Numbered from the stretch's first letter, positions 1 to 9,894 are shown. The stretch: 64,000 bases of DNA from a virus (IMGVR_UViG_3300044712_002337:82564-146563); one strand, 5' to 3'. Made by a program: numbers and translations. The notes: generated from the letters alone by a model not told the origin.

Positions 1-7
1 AGCAAAG

Positions 8-523
8 ATGTCAGGATTGCAACCCGGAGGGGAAACAGTGAGTGAAGCGAACATCGACAATCTCTATGCGAACAAAGCGAGCGCCCTCTATTTAATGCAC
101 GCCGAGATGCCCGAGCCGGACGACGACGACCGCATCTACGTGACCGGTTCGTTCGTCGTGTCCGCGTTCCGGGGCGAGGACGCGAAGGAGCGGCTGGCCG
201 ACCGACTGGTCGACATTCTCATCGACAAGTGGAACGGGTGGGTGTGCGGCCGGCAACGGTCGCTGTGCGTGGTGGACGGCGTCGACGGGTTGGGCGAGTT
301 AACCGGGGGTGACGACCTGGTGGAATCCGGCATACGCAGCATCCGGGTGGGGTTCGGGCCGGAGCGAAAGAAGGAGGCGGCGGAACTGGAGGAGTGGCTG
401 GTTCAGCGGGTGCTGGAGGCCGAAAAGACCCGCCGGAAGGAACTCCGAGAAAAGGAAGAAGCGAACGAGCGGGCGGAGTTCGAGAGGCTGCGACAAAAAT
501 ATGGCGGCGAAGCCGCCACCTAA
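8..523 (+). CDS. hypothetical protein (acidic/coiled-coil C-terminus)
   Basis: ORF track 171 aa; plausible composition; followed by GTG-start gene with conserved leader. Confidence 0.5.
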   Translation: MSGLQPGGETVSEANIDNLYANKASALYLMHAEMPEPDDDDRIYVTGSFVVSAFRGEDAKERLADRLVDILIDKWNGWVCGRQRSLCVVDGVDGLGELTGGDDLVESGIRSIRVGFGPERKKEAAELEEWLVQRVLEAEKTRRKELREKEEANERAEFERLRQKYGGEAAT

Positions 524-549
524 AACTTTCTGTGAGTGGAGCGAACGAA

Positions 550-1119
550 GTGAGCAAAACGAACCAGCAAATCGTAGACGACTGCAACAAGCTGGCCCAG
601 ACGTTTTACGCGATGTGCGGGTACGAGGTGCCGGACGACTACAAGATGTATGAAGCGACGCACCCCCAAGAGACCAGCATGTGGACCATGGCGGTGTACG
701 CCTACGACCACATCGAGGGGACGGACGTGGAGTGCGCCCTGGCGGAGATGGAAGGAGATGAGAGCGATTTGAAAGAAGTGCGAGAACACTTCCAGAAGAA
801 CAAACCCGGCCTGGACGAGGCCCTGAAGGCCGCCGGGCAGAGCGAGCCGAAGTCGCTCGGAAAGGTTTTGGAGGAAGCCACCAAGAAGAAGTTGTTAAAG
901 ACGACATACACCGTCTGGAACCGGCCGAAGCGGACGAGCGACCCCGCCCACCACGAGAAGATGGACGCGTACGAAGACCTGGAGACGGCGAAGGAGTTCG
1001 CGACGGCGAACGTCGAGGACGGGCGGGCTTACGAGTCGTACGTGCTCGGCCCGACCGGGGTGTGCGTGTTCGAGGCGCGGAAGTCGGGCGTCCGCCCCGT
1101 TCCGAAGAGGAAGAAATGA
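550..1119 (+). CDS. hypothetical protein
   Basis: GTG at 550 in frame of ORF 394..1119, preceded by leader TGTGAGTGGAGCGAACGAA resembling conserved GTGAGCGGAGCGAAC; upstream part of long ORF overlaps previous gene. Confidence 0.5.
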   Translation: MSKTNQQIVDDCNKLAQTFYAMCGYEVPDDYKMYEATHPQETSMWTMAVYAYDHIEGTDVECALAEMEGDESDLKEVREHFQKNKPGLDEALKAAGQSEPKSLGKVLEEATKKKLLKTTYTVWNRPKRTSDPAHHEKMDAYEDLETAKEFATANVEDGRAYESYVLGPTGVCVFEARKSGVRPVPKRKK

Positions 1120-1379
1120 TTTTCACCCTGGGCAAACGCTCCATCTACGAGCCGCTCTTCGGCGGGCCCGAGCCCCCCTGTATGGCTAGACATAGCAGCG
1201 TGTGGGAGACCGCGGAGGCCGCCGCCGCCCACATCGCCGGCTTCGACTATGAGCCCGAGTTCGCCGTGTACGGGGTGCTGGCCGACTGGGACGACGACAC
1301 CTACGAGGGGGACTACCCGGACTGCGAGTGGCGGTGCCTCGGGCAGTCGATGCCGCTCGTCAAATTGGACGGGGGGTGA
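1115..1379 (+). CDS. hypothetical protein
   Basis: ATG overlapping upstream TGA (ATGA coupling); acidic protein. Confidence 0.4.
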
Positions 1380-1382
1380 CAC

Positions 1383-1682
1383 GTGCGACTACGAAAAGTG
1401 CGGGCCCACCTCCTCCCCTGCCCCTTCTGCGGGCTGTCCGAGCTCGACGTCGGGGTCCAATCTTGCGATTCGTACGGGGTCCGATGTCCCCAGTGTCGAG
1501 TCGGGATGAGCACCGGCCTGCCGGGGAGGTGGCCCCGGGGCGTGTGGCGGAAGGGGCTGACGGCGAACGCCAACATGAAGCGGCTGGCCGAGTGGTGTCT
1601 GAAACAGGCGGTGCTCCGCTGGAACGCCAGGTCGGCCGCGGCGGACCACGGGGTGAAGTACGAGTGCGTGGGATACCTCTAG
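1383..1682 (+). CDS. small zinc-ribbon protein, Lar-like (CPFCG...CPQC)
   Basis: CPFCG and CPQC cysteine pairs typical of Lar-family restriction-alleviation zinc ribbons; GTG start. Confidence 0.4.
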   Translation: MRLRKVRAHLLPCPFCGLSELDVGVQSCDSYGVRCPQCRVGMSTGLPGRWPRGVWRKGLTANANMKRLAEWCLKQAVLRWNARSAAADHGVKYECVGYL

Positions 1683-1740
1683 TGGGGGCAAGCCCCCACG
1701 CCCCGCGGCCCGAAGGGCCGCATGTTAAAAGGAGAAAACC
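1683..1740. repeat. intergenic punctuation cassette: two hairpins + ATGTTAAAAGGAGAAAACC directly before ATG
   Basis: TGGGGGcaagCCCCCA, GCGGCCCgaaGGGCCGC, core. Confidence 0.6.
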
Positions 1741-2226
1741 ATGGGGTCATGGAACGAAACCGACACGGTCACACACGCCCCCGTGTTCCCGGGCGACGAG
1801 GTGGTGATGCTGGTGTACGCCCCCGACCGCGGGCGGGGGACGGAGTTCTTCTCCCGGGACTTCGAGCTCATCGCCAAGGGGAAGTACAACGATTACGGTT
1901 GGCTGGAGAAGACGCCGGGCCAGTGGTCGGACGGGATGAAGTTACGCGCGAAAGGGTTGGACGAGCCGTACGAACGAGCCCTCTTCGTCCACAAGAAGAC
2001 CTGGGACACCATCCTCATCGCCAGCCCGAAGAAGCTCCGCAAGCTGGCCGACCAGGCCGAGTTCGTGCTCAACTTCTGTTCGCGCAACCGTATCAACCCG
2101 GAGGCCGCCCTCGCCTTCAAGGGGATGCAGCACGCGAACCTGAAGGAGTACAAGGCGCTCATCGCCCTGATGGACGCGCGGGCGGCAGCGTGGGAACTCC
2201 GCGAGAGCGAGGAAAGAGATGAGTAA
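1741..2226 (+). CDS. hypothetical protein
   Basis: ATG preceded by AAAAGGAGAAAACC (SD-like) inside conserved ATGTTAAAAGG cassette; non-low-complexity 161 aa. Confidence 0.55.
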   Translation: MGSWNETDTVTHAPVFPGDEVVMLVYAPDRGRGTEFFSRDFELIAKGKYNDYGWLEKTPGQWSDGMKLRAKGLDEPYERALFVHKKTWDTILIASPKKLRKLADQAEFVLNFCSRNRINPEAALAFKGMQHANLKEYKALIALMDARAAAWELRESEERDE

Positions 2227-2812
2227 TCCTGAAACAGGGGCGGCAGACGGGCTCGGCGGGAGCGGAGCCCCTGCCCGCCTGTGGAGCCGCCCCTTCTCCG
2301 CGGACCAGGTAGACAAGTTGAAAGAACTCTTCCCGGACCGATTCCCCAAACCTGCGAGGGAACCGAGTGTGACAAGCTGGACAGAGGCGAACAACTACGG
2401 GAAGGAGCCCGACGACCACGAAGACTTGTTACCGCCGACCGTCCCGGAGAAGCCGGTGAGGGGGGAGCGGTACATGCGGCGACTCGCGTTCGGGTGGACG
2501 GTGTTCGGCTGGTGGAACCCGTCGTGCGAGGCGTGCTGCGAACTCGGCCCGGCGGAGCGGAAGGCGTGTCCGGCCTGCCGGGGGACGGGGGACGGCCCGC
2601 CCGAGCCGGACGCCCTGGCCCGCGAGTTGACCGAGGAGGACGCGCGGCTCCTGGCGTTCGGGCGACAGGCCGTTGCCGCCCTGGCCGCCGCCCCCATCCC
2701 CCGCCTGGGCGAGACGCTCGACGAGTTCCGCGGGCGGTACTCCAAGTGGTACCGGGAGGCCCGCCACCCGGCGATGCGGGCCTTCCCGGGGGTCGACCCG
2801 TTCGTCGGGTGA
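2219..2812 (+). CDS. hypothetical Cys-rich protein
   Basis: ATGA overlap with upstream gene; CxxC..CxxC motifs; stop TGA immediately followed by inverted cassette. Confidence 0.5.
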   Translation: MSNPETGAADGLGGSGAPARLWSRPFSADQVDKLKELFPDRFPKPAREPSVTSWTEANNYGKEPDDHEDLLPPTVPEKPVRGERYMRRLAFGWTVFGWWNPSCEACCELGPAERKACPACRGTGDGPPEPDALARELTEEDARLLAFGRQAVAALAAAPIPRLGETLDEFRGRYSKWYREARHPAMRAFPGVDPFVG

Positions 2813-2889
2813 ATTTCCCTTTTAAAATCGCTGGCGTAGCCCGCGGGGGTCTGGGGTTCACCCCAGATGGGTCTGGGGCGCAGCCCCAG
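2813..2889. repeat. cassette (inverted): TGA-ATTTCCCTTTTAAAATC then GC hairpins
   Basis: CTGGGGttcaCCCCAG, CTGGGGCgcaGCCCCAG. Confidence 0.6.
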
Positions 2890-2939
2890 CCTGAGCACAT
2901 AAATCCAAACAACCTCTTCGAAGTGAGGCGTAGCCGAAC

Positions 2940-3404
2940 GTGAAGAAAGGGACACCGACCGTGAGCGTCCGGGCGGCCGCCGCCCGCGACGTGGCGAACA
3001 TCGCCGAGCTGGAGGCGGACGTCGGCTCGGACTGGACGGCCGAGCGGGTGGCGGCGGCGGTCAAGGCCGTCCGCTCGGCCTCGTACGTGGCGTACGCCGA
3101 CGGGGTGTGCGTCGGGCACGCCCTGGGGGTGCGGGAGCCGGCCCGCATCCGCCTGCTCCGCTGCTGGGCGGAGACGCCGGACGTGTACGCCCGGCTGGCC
3201 CGGCGGGTGGCCGAGCGGGTGGCCCGGGGGCCGGAGCGGCGGGCGGGGGTCGCCCTCCCGGCCGGCCCCGAGCGGTCCGACCTGTACGCCGGGTTCCTGG
3301 CCGCCGACTGGACGTACCAGGCGGCGGACGCCGCCGTGGACCAGGGCGGGCGGGAGTTCCGGTCGGAGGACCGGATGGTGTTCATGGTTTCGAAACCGGC
3401 CTGA
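2940..3404 (+). CDS. hypothetical protein, possibly GNAT-like acetyltransferase
   Basis: ORF track 154 aa; weak GNAT-like pattern; GTG start. Confidence 0.35.
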   Translation: MKKGTPTVSVRAAAARDVANIAELEADVGSDWTAERVAAAVKAVRSASYVAYADGVCVGHALGVREPARIRLLRCWAETPDVYARLARRVAERVARGPERRAGVALPAGPERSDLYAGFLAADWTYQAADAAVDQGGREFRSEDRMVFMVSKPA

Positions 3405-3419
3405 CCGAGGGGGTGACCC

Positions 3420-3626
3420 ATGTGGCGGGAGGACGAGGACGACCGGTCCACCCGGGCGTCCAGCCCGTTCGTGTTCCGCCGGGCGAAGGCCCGGCGGATG
3501 CGCTTCGACGACGACACGGTGGCGTTCTGCCAGCACCTGGTCGAGCACCAGGTGGACCTGTGGAAGGCGATGGACTTCATCAACCTGAAACTGAGCGAAG
3601 TGAGGGCGGGACATGATGTTCGCTGA
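3420..3626 (+). CDS. hypothetical small protein
   Basis: 68-aa ORF, ATG start. Confidence 0.35.
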   Translation: MWREDEDDRSTRASSPFVFRRAKARRMRFDDDTVAFCQHLVEHQVDLWKAMDFINLKLSEVRAGHDVR

Positions 3627-3749
3627 CTACGTGGGCACCCCGGCCGACTACGACCTGCTGGGGTGGGTCATCATGGCCGGGCTGCTGGCCGACACGCTGT
3701 ACAAGTACTGGCGCGGCTCCGCCCGCTAAACCCCTTCGGAGAGTGCGCG

Positions 3750-4190
3750 ATGACCAAAGCGGAGCTAGTGGCCCGCCTGCCCGAATTGGCTGACATTCGG
3801 GCCCGCCTGGCCGCCAACGAGGCTGAGAGGAACGCTCTTCGCGACGAGTGGGAAGAGCTACGCCAGGTTGAGTGGCGGCTGGGCGAGGTGGACGAGGTGT
3901 TCGAAGGGGTTCCCATCCGGGCGTACGGGTCGACCAACCTGCAGTTCCACGAACTCGGGGACGACGGCGAACACCGGTCGGCCTACGTGAACCCCTACTA
4001 CCGGGACGAGGACGAGGGGTGGGACGAGCCGGACGGGTACCTGCTCAGCCTGAGCGGGGCCGAGCGGGGGAGCGTGGAGCGGGAGTGGCGGAGGTACAAG
4101 GACCGCGGGACGGCGGTGGCCGCCGCCAAGCGGTTCGTGGCGCACGGGGTCGTCCCCCTGCCCGACGTCATCGTGGGGGCGAAGGAGTAA
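3750..4190 (+). CDS. hypothetical protein
   Basis: internal ATG (MTKAELVARL...) of ORF 3663..4190. Confidence 0.45.
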   Translation: MTKAELVARLPELADIRARLAANEAERNALRDEWEELRQVEWRLGEVDEVFEGVPIRAYGSTNLQFHELGDDGEHRSAYVNPYYRDEDEGWDEPDGYLLSLSGAERGSVEREWRRYKDRGTAVAAAKRFVAHGVVPLPDVIVGAKE

Positions 4191-4193
4191 GAC

Positions 4194-4496
4194 ATGGCAA
4201 AGGTAGCACCCGTGTTGGAATCGGCCGCGGTGGTCGCTCGGACGGTGAGCGGCCTCCTCCGCCGGGCCGGTCTGAAGGTGGGCCAGACCGTCCGGGGCAA
4301 GCGGACCGAGGGGTTCTGGGTATACCGCGTCGGGTACTCGGGGAGGGTGTCGGTGACGTACTGGTTGCCCGGCTACCGCCCGACCCCGGACGAGCGGGAG
4401 CGGCGGACGAAAGCTTGCCGGGAGGCGTTCGAGGTCCTGCGGGCGAGGGGCTACCCGGTGGACGACCGGGGGTACATCGAGTGCGGGGGCGAGTGA
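4194..4496 (+). CDS. hypothetical protein
   Basis: 100-aa ORF directly after previous stop. Confidence 0.45.
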   Translation: MAKVAPVLESAAVVARTVSGLLRRAGLKVGQTVRGKRTEGFWVYRVGYSGRVSVTYWLPGYRPTPDERERRTKACREAFEVLRARGYPVDDRGYIECGGE

Positions 4497-4537
4497 CTGG
4501 GCTTGTCAACGCGGCTAAAATTCACTATCTTATAAAA

Positions 4538-4948
4538 ATGCAAGACCTCGCCGGCCCGCCCCGCGTCCGCGTGTACCTGGACTCCACCCGGAAAGTCTGG
4601 TCCGTGACCCGCCGGGGGCGGGTGGCGGACAAGCCGCACCGCCTGCTCCTGGGGGACGTGCGGTTCGTGGTGAGCGAGCGGGCCAGGGCCCGCGCCCGGA
4701 AGACCGGGCGGAAGACCCCCCACGCGTACGTCGAGGGCGTGGTGCTCGGGCGGGACTGGTCGGCCCTGCGGCCCCGGGGCGGGCGGCGGTTCGGGTACAA
4801 CCCGTTCGTCCACCGGGGGTTCACCGACGGGGGCGGGCGAGTTCTGGAGGCCGCGAAGGCGGTCTACCTGGAAGTCGGCACGGGCGGGGTGACCTGTGTC
4901 GCGTTCCAGCCTAAAGGCCGGAAGCCGGCCGCCTGGAAGGCGCCCTGA
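4538..4948 (+). CDS. hypothetical protein
   Basis: ATG immediately abutted by CTATCTTATAAAAATG box; in frame of long ORF 3872..4948 whose upstream part is antisense junk. Confidence 0.45.
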   Translation: MQDLAGPPRVRVYLDSTRKVWSVTRRGRVADKPHRLLLGDVRFVVSERARARARKTGRKTPHAYVEGVVLGRDWSALRPRGGRRFGYNPFVHRGFTDGGGRVLEAAKAVYLEVGTGGVTCVAFQPKGRKPAAWKAP

Positions 4949-5000
4949 ACGAGGTGGAGCGGCTGCGGGCTCAGTTGAAAGCCCGAAGGGAGTTTAACTG

Positions 5001-5402
5001 ATGGATTCACAGAAAATGACGGTCGGCGGGCGGGAGATGTATGCCAAGCTGGCCAAGGTGACGGACGCCTGGTGCGGGCTGAACGAGCGGGGCTTCTTCG
5101 ACTGCTGGGTGTTCCTGGACTACGGCGGCTCCGCCCAGGGGTTCGGCGGGTACTGCCTGTCGCGGTACGACAAGGCGAAGGACCGGCAGGTCGGCACGGC
5201 GTGCGGCTTGGACTACGTGCTCGGCATCCTCCGGGCGTTCGGAGCGAGTAAGGTGGAGGACCTGAAGGGGCGGTTCGCGTACGCCCTGTTCGAGGACGAC
5301 AGCTGGAACTCGATGGTGAAGGGGCTGATGACCACCCCGCAGGAGGGCGGCAAGCACTTCCTCACCAGCGAGTGGCGGGAGGAGTGGAATCTGACCTCTT
5401 GA
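5001..5402 (+). CDS. hypothetical protein
   Basis: 133-aa ORF with balanced composition. Confidence 0.5.
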   Translation: MDSQKMTVGGREMYAKLAKVTDAWCGLNERGFFDCWVFLDYGGSAQGFGGYCLSRYDKAKDRQVGTACGLDYVLGILRAFGASKVEDLKGRFAYALFEDDSWNSMVKGLMTTPQEGGKHFLTSEWREEWNLTS

Positions 5403-5412
5403 GGGGGCGACC

Positions 5413-5967
5413 ATGGCGGAAGAAGACAAGCCGGAAGCCCTCCGCCTGGGCGAAGCCCTGCTCGCCCTGGAGCGGTGGGGCCGCAAGCACTACCGCTACG
5501 AAATCCACGGCGGGCCGGGCGTGATGCCGGGCGACGAGGGGTGGGTGCGGCTGTCCGCCGCGGGGCGGACGGTGACCGTCTCCCACTGCGAGATGGACCG
5601 GGGCGGGGAGGACGAGAACGGTGATGACACCACCACCCACTACGGCGACGTCGCCGACTCCATCCGCGAAGCCCTCCGCCTGTGGCACGCCGACACGACC
5701 CCGAAGCGGTTTAGTGTGACCGTGTACACGCCCGGCGGGCACCACCTTCTACCCGCGCCCGAACGGGTGAAGTATTGGGTCCACCCCGAGCAGGTCACCG
5801 TCTGGCTCGTCGCTGGAACCGAGGCCGAAGCGGTCGAGACGGCGAAAGCTCTGGTGCTGCCCAAGCTGGAAATCATCCCCCGGACGTCGGCGACCGAGAA
5901 GTGGGAGGCCGACTCCGACATGGAGCGGTATGTGCCGACCAACGTGTCGGCTACGCCGACATTTTAA
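5413..5967 (+). CDS. hypothetical protein
   Basis: 184-aa ORF; TAA stop lies inside an ACATTTTAAAAG motif. Confidence 0.5.
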   Translation: MAEEDKPEALRLGEALLALERWGRKHYRYEIHGGPGVMPGDEGWVRLSAAGRTVTVSHCEMDRGGEDENGDDTTTHYGDVADSIREALRLWHADTTPKRFSVTVYTPGGHHLLPAPERVKYWVHPEQVTVWLVAGTEAEAVETAKALVLPKLEIIPRTSATEKWEADSDMERYVPTNVSATPTF

Positions 5968-7200
5968 AAGATGTGAAGTCCACATAATTGGGTGTTTGAC
6001 GTGTACTTAACGGTTGATATCAGACTCATCGCAACGTCCGCCCAGGCGGAGTCGCTGGCCCGCACGGCGGTCGCCTTCGCCGCCGCCTGCGACCACGTGA
6101 GCGGGTACGCGTTCGAACACAAGCTATTCGGCCGGTTCGCCCTCCAGAAGGCGGTGTACCGCGACGTCCGGGAGAAGTTCGGCCTGTCCGCCCAGACGGC
6201 CTGCCTGGTCGTCGCCCGGGTGGCCGCCGCGTACAAGCGGGAGCGGGGCGTCCGCCACGAGTTCCGCCGGCCGACCGCCACCTACGACGACCGCGTCCTC
6301 GCCGTCGACCTCCCCGCCCGGACGGTCTCCGTCTGGACGGTGGACGGCCGCCTGAAGGGGGTACCGTTCGTCTGCGGGGCGCGGCAGGCCCGCCAACTGG
6401 AGGGCGAGCGGGGCGAGGCCGACCTGGTGTGCCGGGACGGGCGGTGGTACCTGCTGGTGACGGTGACCGCCCCGGAAAAGCCGCTCCGCCCGGCGACGGA
6501 CTACCTGGGGGTGGACCTCGGGGTGTACACCCTAGCGGCGGACAGCGATGGCGTCCGACACTCGGGCAAAGCGGTCAAGAGCGTCCGCCACCGCCACCGG
6601 CGGCTTCGCCGCAAACTCCAGAAGAAGAACACCAAGTCGGCCCTGCGGCGACTTCGCTTGCTGGCCGGGAAAGAAGGAAGGTTCGCTACCCATGTAAACC
6701 ACGTGTTGTCGAAAAAGTTGGTCTCGGTCGCCGAACGCACCGGCCGCGGGATTGCCCTGGAGGACCTCCGGGGTATTCGCGGGCGGATCAGGGCTAGCAG
6801 GGCGACGCGGGCTCAGCTCCACTCCTGGGCGTTCGCCCAGCTCCGGTCGTTCATCGCCTACAAGGCCGCCCTGGCGGGCGTCCCAGTGGCGGTGGTGGAC
6901 CCGGCGAACACCTCTCGCGCGTGCGCCGCTTGCGGGCACTGCGAGAAGGCCAACCGCCGCGGACGAGAGTTTCTTTGTCGCTCGTGCGGTTTTACCGCCG
7001 ACCCCGACACCAACGCGGCGGAGAACATCCGTCGGGCCGCAGTAAACCGGCCGAACGCCTGGAACGGCTCCGCCGTGGCCGGGTAAAGCTCATGACAAAA
7101 ACCTTGGGCGTTTACGTGGCCCGACTTGTCAACGCAGGGCTTATGAGTGACGGAGTAATAGTCACTCCAAGGCTACCACTTGAGAAGAGGATTAGGGGTC
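5968..7200 (+). mobile_element. IS200/IS605-family (IS1341-like, TnpA-less) element carrying tnpB copy 1; boundaries approximate
   Basis: TnpB ORF with subterminal hairpins (ATGTGaagtcCACAT upstream; GAGTGACggagtaatagTCACTC downstream, candidate omega-RNA region). Confidence 0.5.
5992..7086 (+). CDS. tnpB: TnpB (OrfB) RNA-guided nuclease, IS200/IS605 family
   Basis: RuvC-I GVDLG, RuvC-II ALEDL, C-terminal CxxC..CxxC zinc finger and RuvC-III DPDTNAAENI. Confidence 0.85.
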   Translation: MFDVYLTVDIRLIATSAQAESLARTAVAFAAACDHVSGYAFEHKLFGRFALQKAVYRDVREKFGLSAQTACLVVARVAAAYKRERGVRHEFRRPTATYDDRVLAVDLPARTVSVWTVDGRLKGVPFVCGARQARQLEGERGEADLVCRDGRWYLLVTVTAPEKPLRPATDYLGVDLGVYTLAADSDGVRHSGKAVKSVRHRHRRLRRKLQKKNTKSALRRLRLLAGKEGRFATHVNHVLSKKLVSVAERTGRGIALEDLRGIRGRIRASRATRAQLHSWAFAQLRSFIAYKAALAGVPVAVVDPANTSRACAACGHCEKANRRGREFLCRSCGFTADPDTNAAENIRRAAVNRPNAWNGSAVAG

Positions 7201-7205
7201 TAATT

Positions 7206-7535
7206 ATGAAAATCGAAACAGACTTGACCGTTAAGTGGCCCGACCTGTTCACCGGCGGGCCGGCGTCCAAGGTGTACACGCTCGAATTCCTGGCCGACTG
7301 CGTGCACCGCGCCTTCCAGGGCACCCGGTACAAGGTGCTGCTCCAGCAGGGCGGGGCGGTGAAGACGCCCCACCTGCAACTGGACGCGGACGGGACCGTG
7401 TACGGGTCGGCCAGGCTGAAGGCCGGGGCCGAGTTCCTCCACTCCCTGCCCGACGCCGTCCGGGCCGACCTGAAGGCCCTGCTCGACCCGGTCCGGCTGT
7501 TCGTCGGGGACGGGGCGGACCTGCGGGTTCGGTGA
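7206..7535 (+). CDS. hypothetical protein
   Basis: internal ATG (MKIETDL...) of ORF 6921..7535; TGA followed directly by CTTTCCCTTTTAACAT. Confidence 0.45.
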   Translation: MKIETDLTVKWPDLFTGGPASKVYTLEFLADCVHRAFQGTRYKVLLQQGGAVKTPHLQLDADGTVYGSARLKAGAEFLHSLPDAVRADLKALLDPVRLFVGDGADLRVR

Positions 7536-7570
7536 CTTTCCCTTTTAACATGTGTGGGGCTCCGTCCCAC
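7536..7570. repeat. cassette (inverted): TGA-CTTTCCCTTTTAACATG + hairpin
   Basis: seen directly after stop of 7206..7535. Confidence 0.55.
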
Positions 7571-7591
7571 GACCCCCGAAAGAGAGTAAGC

Positions 7592-7948
7592 GTGAAACTG
7601 CAGGGATTCATGCGGGCGTTGAGCGACGTCGTCGCCCGCCGCAAGTCGAAGGCGACTCATTCGCCCGCCGGCGAGGGGTCCGCCCTCCGCCTCTCGCTCC
7701 GCGTGGACGGCCACGTCTGCGAGCTCTGCCCGGTGACCGCCGTCGTGTGCGACCGGACCGGGTACGTGTACCACCCCGAGCACTACCGCGAGGCGGCCGG
7801 CCACATCCCCCTGGACCAGGACGACGCGGACGCCGTCGCCCGGGCGGCGGACGCGCTGGAGGGGCACGACCCGAAGCTGCGGGCCCGGCTGCTGCGGACT
7901 CTGCAACCGCCCGCGAAGCCGGCGGCGAAGAAGGGGGCAAAAAAGTGA
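7592..7948 (+). CDS. hypothetical protein
   Basis: GTG in frame of ORF 7235..7948 after hairpin; Cys-containing. Confidence 0.4.
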   Translation: MKLQGFMRALSDVVARRKSKATHSPAGEGSALRLSLRVDGHVCELCPVTAVVCDRTGYVYHPEHYREAAGHIPLDQDDADAVARAADALEGHDPKLRARLLRTLQPPAKPAAKKGAKK

Positions 7949-8244
7949 GCCACTCCGAGTCGCCCGCGGCGTTCCAGTCGCCCGCCCCCTTCGTCGACTG
8001 GGGCGTCGAGTACGTCACCCTGGACGGGCTCCGGCTGGAGGACGGCGAGCCGGTGCGGGTGCTCTGGCCGGACGGCTCCGAGACGGACGACGTGGTCCGC
8101 GTGCGGGAGGTGGACGCCCCGTTCTACGACCGCGGGCACCGCTGCCCGGGGAGCAACTTCGTGGCGACCATCCCCCGCGTCATGCGGGGCGCCCCGGTCG
8201 AGGTGCCGGTGCGCATGGTAAAACTGAAACGGAGGACCAGGTGA
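7945..8244 (+). CDS. hypothetical protein
   Basis: GTGA overlap with upstream stop. Confidence 0.4.
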   Translation: MSHSESPAAFQSPAPFVDWGVEYVTLDGLRLEDGEPVRVLWPDGSETDDVVRVREVDAPFYDRGHRCPGSNFVATIPRVMRGAPVEVPVRMVKLKRRTR

Positions 8245-8534
8245 CACGAACCGAACTACTATTGGTGAAGCTCTGGGAAGAGTGTGACGAGGTCGGCCAG
8301 CGGGTGGCGAAGGCCCTCCGCTTCGGGCTGGACGAGGTGCAGCCCGGCCAGGGGTTGACGAACGCGGAGCGGTTGAAGGACGAGTTCCTGGACCTGTGGG
8401 GCGCCTGGGGCCTGCTCTGTCGGGCGGGGGCGGTCCTGCCCATCGCCCCGATGGACGACCCCCTCATCCTGGCGAAACAGGAGAAGTTCGAGGAGACACT
8501 GGACTACTCCCGCGAGTGCAAAACTCTGAACTAA
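8241..8534 (+). CDS. MazG-like nucleotide pyrophosphohydrolase (small)
   Basis: EECDEV (ExxE) metal-binding motif and size typical of small MazG/NTP-PPase. Confidence 0.4.
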   Translation: MTRTELLLVKLWEECDEVGQRVAKALRFGLDEVQPGQGLTNAERLKDEFLDLWGAWGLLCRAGAVLPIAPMDDPLILAKQEKFEETLDYSRECKTLN

Positions 8535-8552
8535 CCACGGCCGGAGGGGGCG

Positions 8553-9560
8553 ATGGGTGAACGAGACGCCTTCCTGGCGGCCATCCGGGCGGCGCCGGAA
8601 AACGACTTACCCCGCCTCGTCTTCGCGGACTGGCTGGACGAGCACGGGGAGCCCGAGCGGGCCCGGTTTATCCGCGTCGGGGTGGAACTGGCGAAATACA
8701 CCCCGCCCCGCAAGGTGGTCGGGGTGCCGCGGAACGAGCGGATTGTCGGCAGCCGGGGCGAGGAGCGGGGCGGGGTGACGACACTCCGCACGGGGAAATA
8801 CGAACGTCCCGAGATGGACTTGGTCTGCTCTTACCACTGGTCCGAAGGCCTGGTGATGGGCGACCTGGTCCGGGTCGAGAGGGCCACGTCCCGGCTGACC
8901 GGGGAGGACCTGGGCGACTGGGTCGTGGTGGGTCGGGCGATGAACCCGGACGACCCGGCCGGGGTGGTGGAACTGACCCTCCGGCGGACCGACTGGCCGC
9001 CCCGCGAGGGCTATGACGCCCTCCTGCGGGAGCAGTACGCCGTCCTGGTGCGACACCTGGAGGAGACGGCCGACCGGCCGCAAGACTGCTGGGCGTTCCG
9101 GGTGGCCGAGTGCGCCATGTGGCACGAGGGGGTGCCCCGTTCGACCGTGACGCCCGCCCCCGGCGACCAGTTCCCCCGCGTCCTCCTGCCCGGCACCCGC
9201 GTGTTCCAGACGTTCCGCCGGGGGTTCGTCGAGCGGGCCGAATGCCCCGTCGACGAGTGGGAGGGGTTGCGCGGCGTGGTGAGGGACAACCCGGTGCGGC
9301 GGGTCGAGTTCGCCCTCGCCCAGCCGGCCCAGATGATTCGCCGGCGCGGAAACGGTGACGACTGGGCGCCCGCCTGGGCGTGGCTGAAAGACTCGCCGGC
9401 CGGGCACGACCCGGCCGAGCTGCCGGCCGAGCTGTTCGACGCCCTGCCGGGGCAGCCGCGACTGACCGACGAGGGGGAACTCCCCTGGATGAAGTTGTTC
9501 CCGTCCGAGGGGTCCGCCCGGACCGCCTTGTCCGACACCGCCCTCCGGCTGGTTTCCTGA
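8553..9560 (+). CDS. TIGR02996-type repeat-companion domain protein (paralog 1)
   Basis: N-terminus MGERDAFLAAIRAAPENDLPRLVFADWLDEHGEPERARFIRV, the signature of the TIGR02996 family abundant in Gemmata and myxobacteria. Confidence 0.6.
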   Translation: MGERDAFLAAIRAAPENDLPRLVFADWLDEHGEPERARFIRVGVELAKYTPPRKVVGVPRNERIVGSRGEERGGVTTLRTGKYERPEMDLVCSYHWSEGLVMGDLVRVERATSRLTGEDLGDWVVVGRAMNPDDPAGVVELTLRRTDWPPREGYDALLREQYAVLVRHLEETADRPQDCWAFRVAECAMWHEGVPRSTVTPAPGDQFPRVLLPGTRVFQTFRRGFVERAECPVDEWEGLRGVVRDNPVRRVEFALAQPAQMIRRRGNGDDWAPAWAWLKDSPAGHDPAELPAELFDALPGQPRLTDEGELPWMKLFPSEGSARTALSDTALRLVS

Positions 9561-9657
9561 TTTGACGGCCCAGCCCCCCTGCCGTTTCTCACCTGGGGGC
9601 GCAGCCCCCTGGAAAATCCCGTTTCCTTAAAGTAGGATAGACGGCGGAGGTGCGGCT

Positions 9658-9894
9658 ATGGGCACAGTCAAATGGCAGCGTGCGGAATACCGCGTGCTCG
9701 GGCACGGGTGGTACGCCCGGAAGAGCGTGCGGGACGGGCGGTGGCGGCTGTACTACGGCCCCAACGCCAAGGGGTCGGACGTGCCCGGCGTCCTCAAAGT
9801 GTTCGCCGGCGAGAAGGCGGGAGAACCCCTGTCGTTCCCGACCCTGGAGGCGTGCCGCCAGCACCTCGACACCCGAACTGGAGGAGGGATTTGA
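9658..9894 (+). CDS. hypothetical protein, tandem paralog A
   Basis: TVKWQRAEYRVLGHGWYAR...RLYYGPNAKGSDVPG; near-duplicate of next gene. Confidence 0.45.
   Translation: MGTVKWQRAEYRVLGHGWYARKSVRDGRWRLYYGPNAKGSDVPGVLKVFAGEKAGEPLSFPTLEACRQHLDTRTGGGI

Noticed and set aside
1893-3614. 573-aa minus-strand ORF spanning five plus-strand genes
   Set aside because: Arg/Pro/Gly-rich low-complexity translation, typical antisense ORF in high-GC DNA; the plus-strand genes have coherent composition and punctuation signals.
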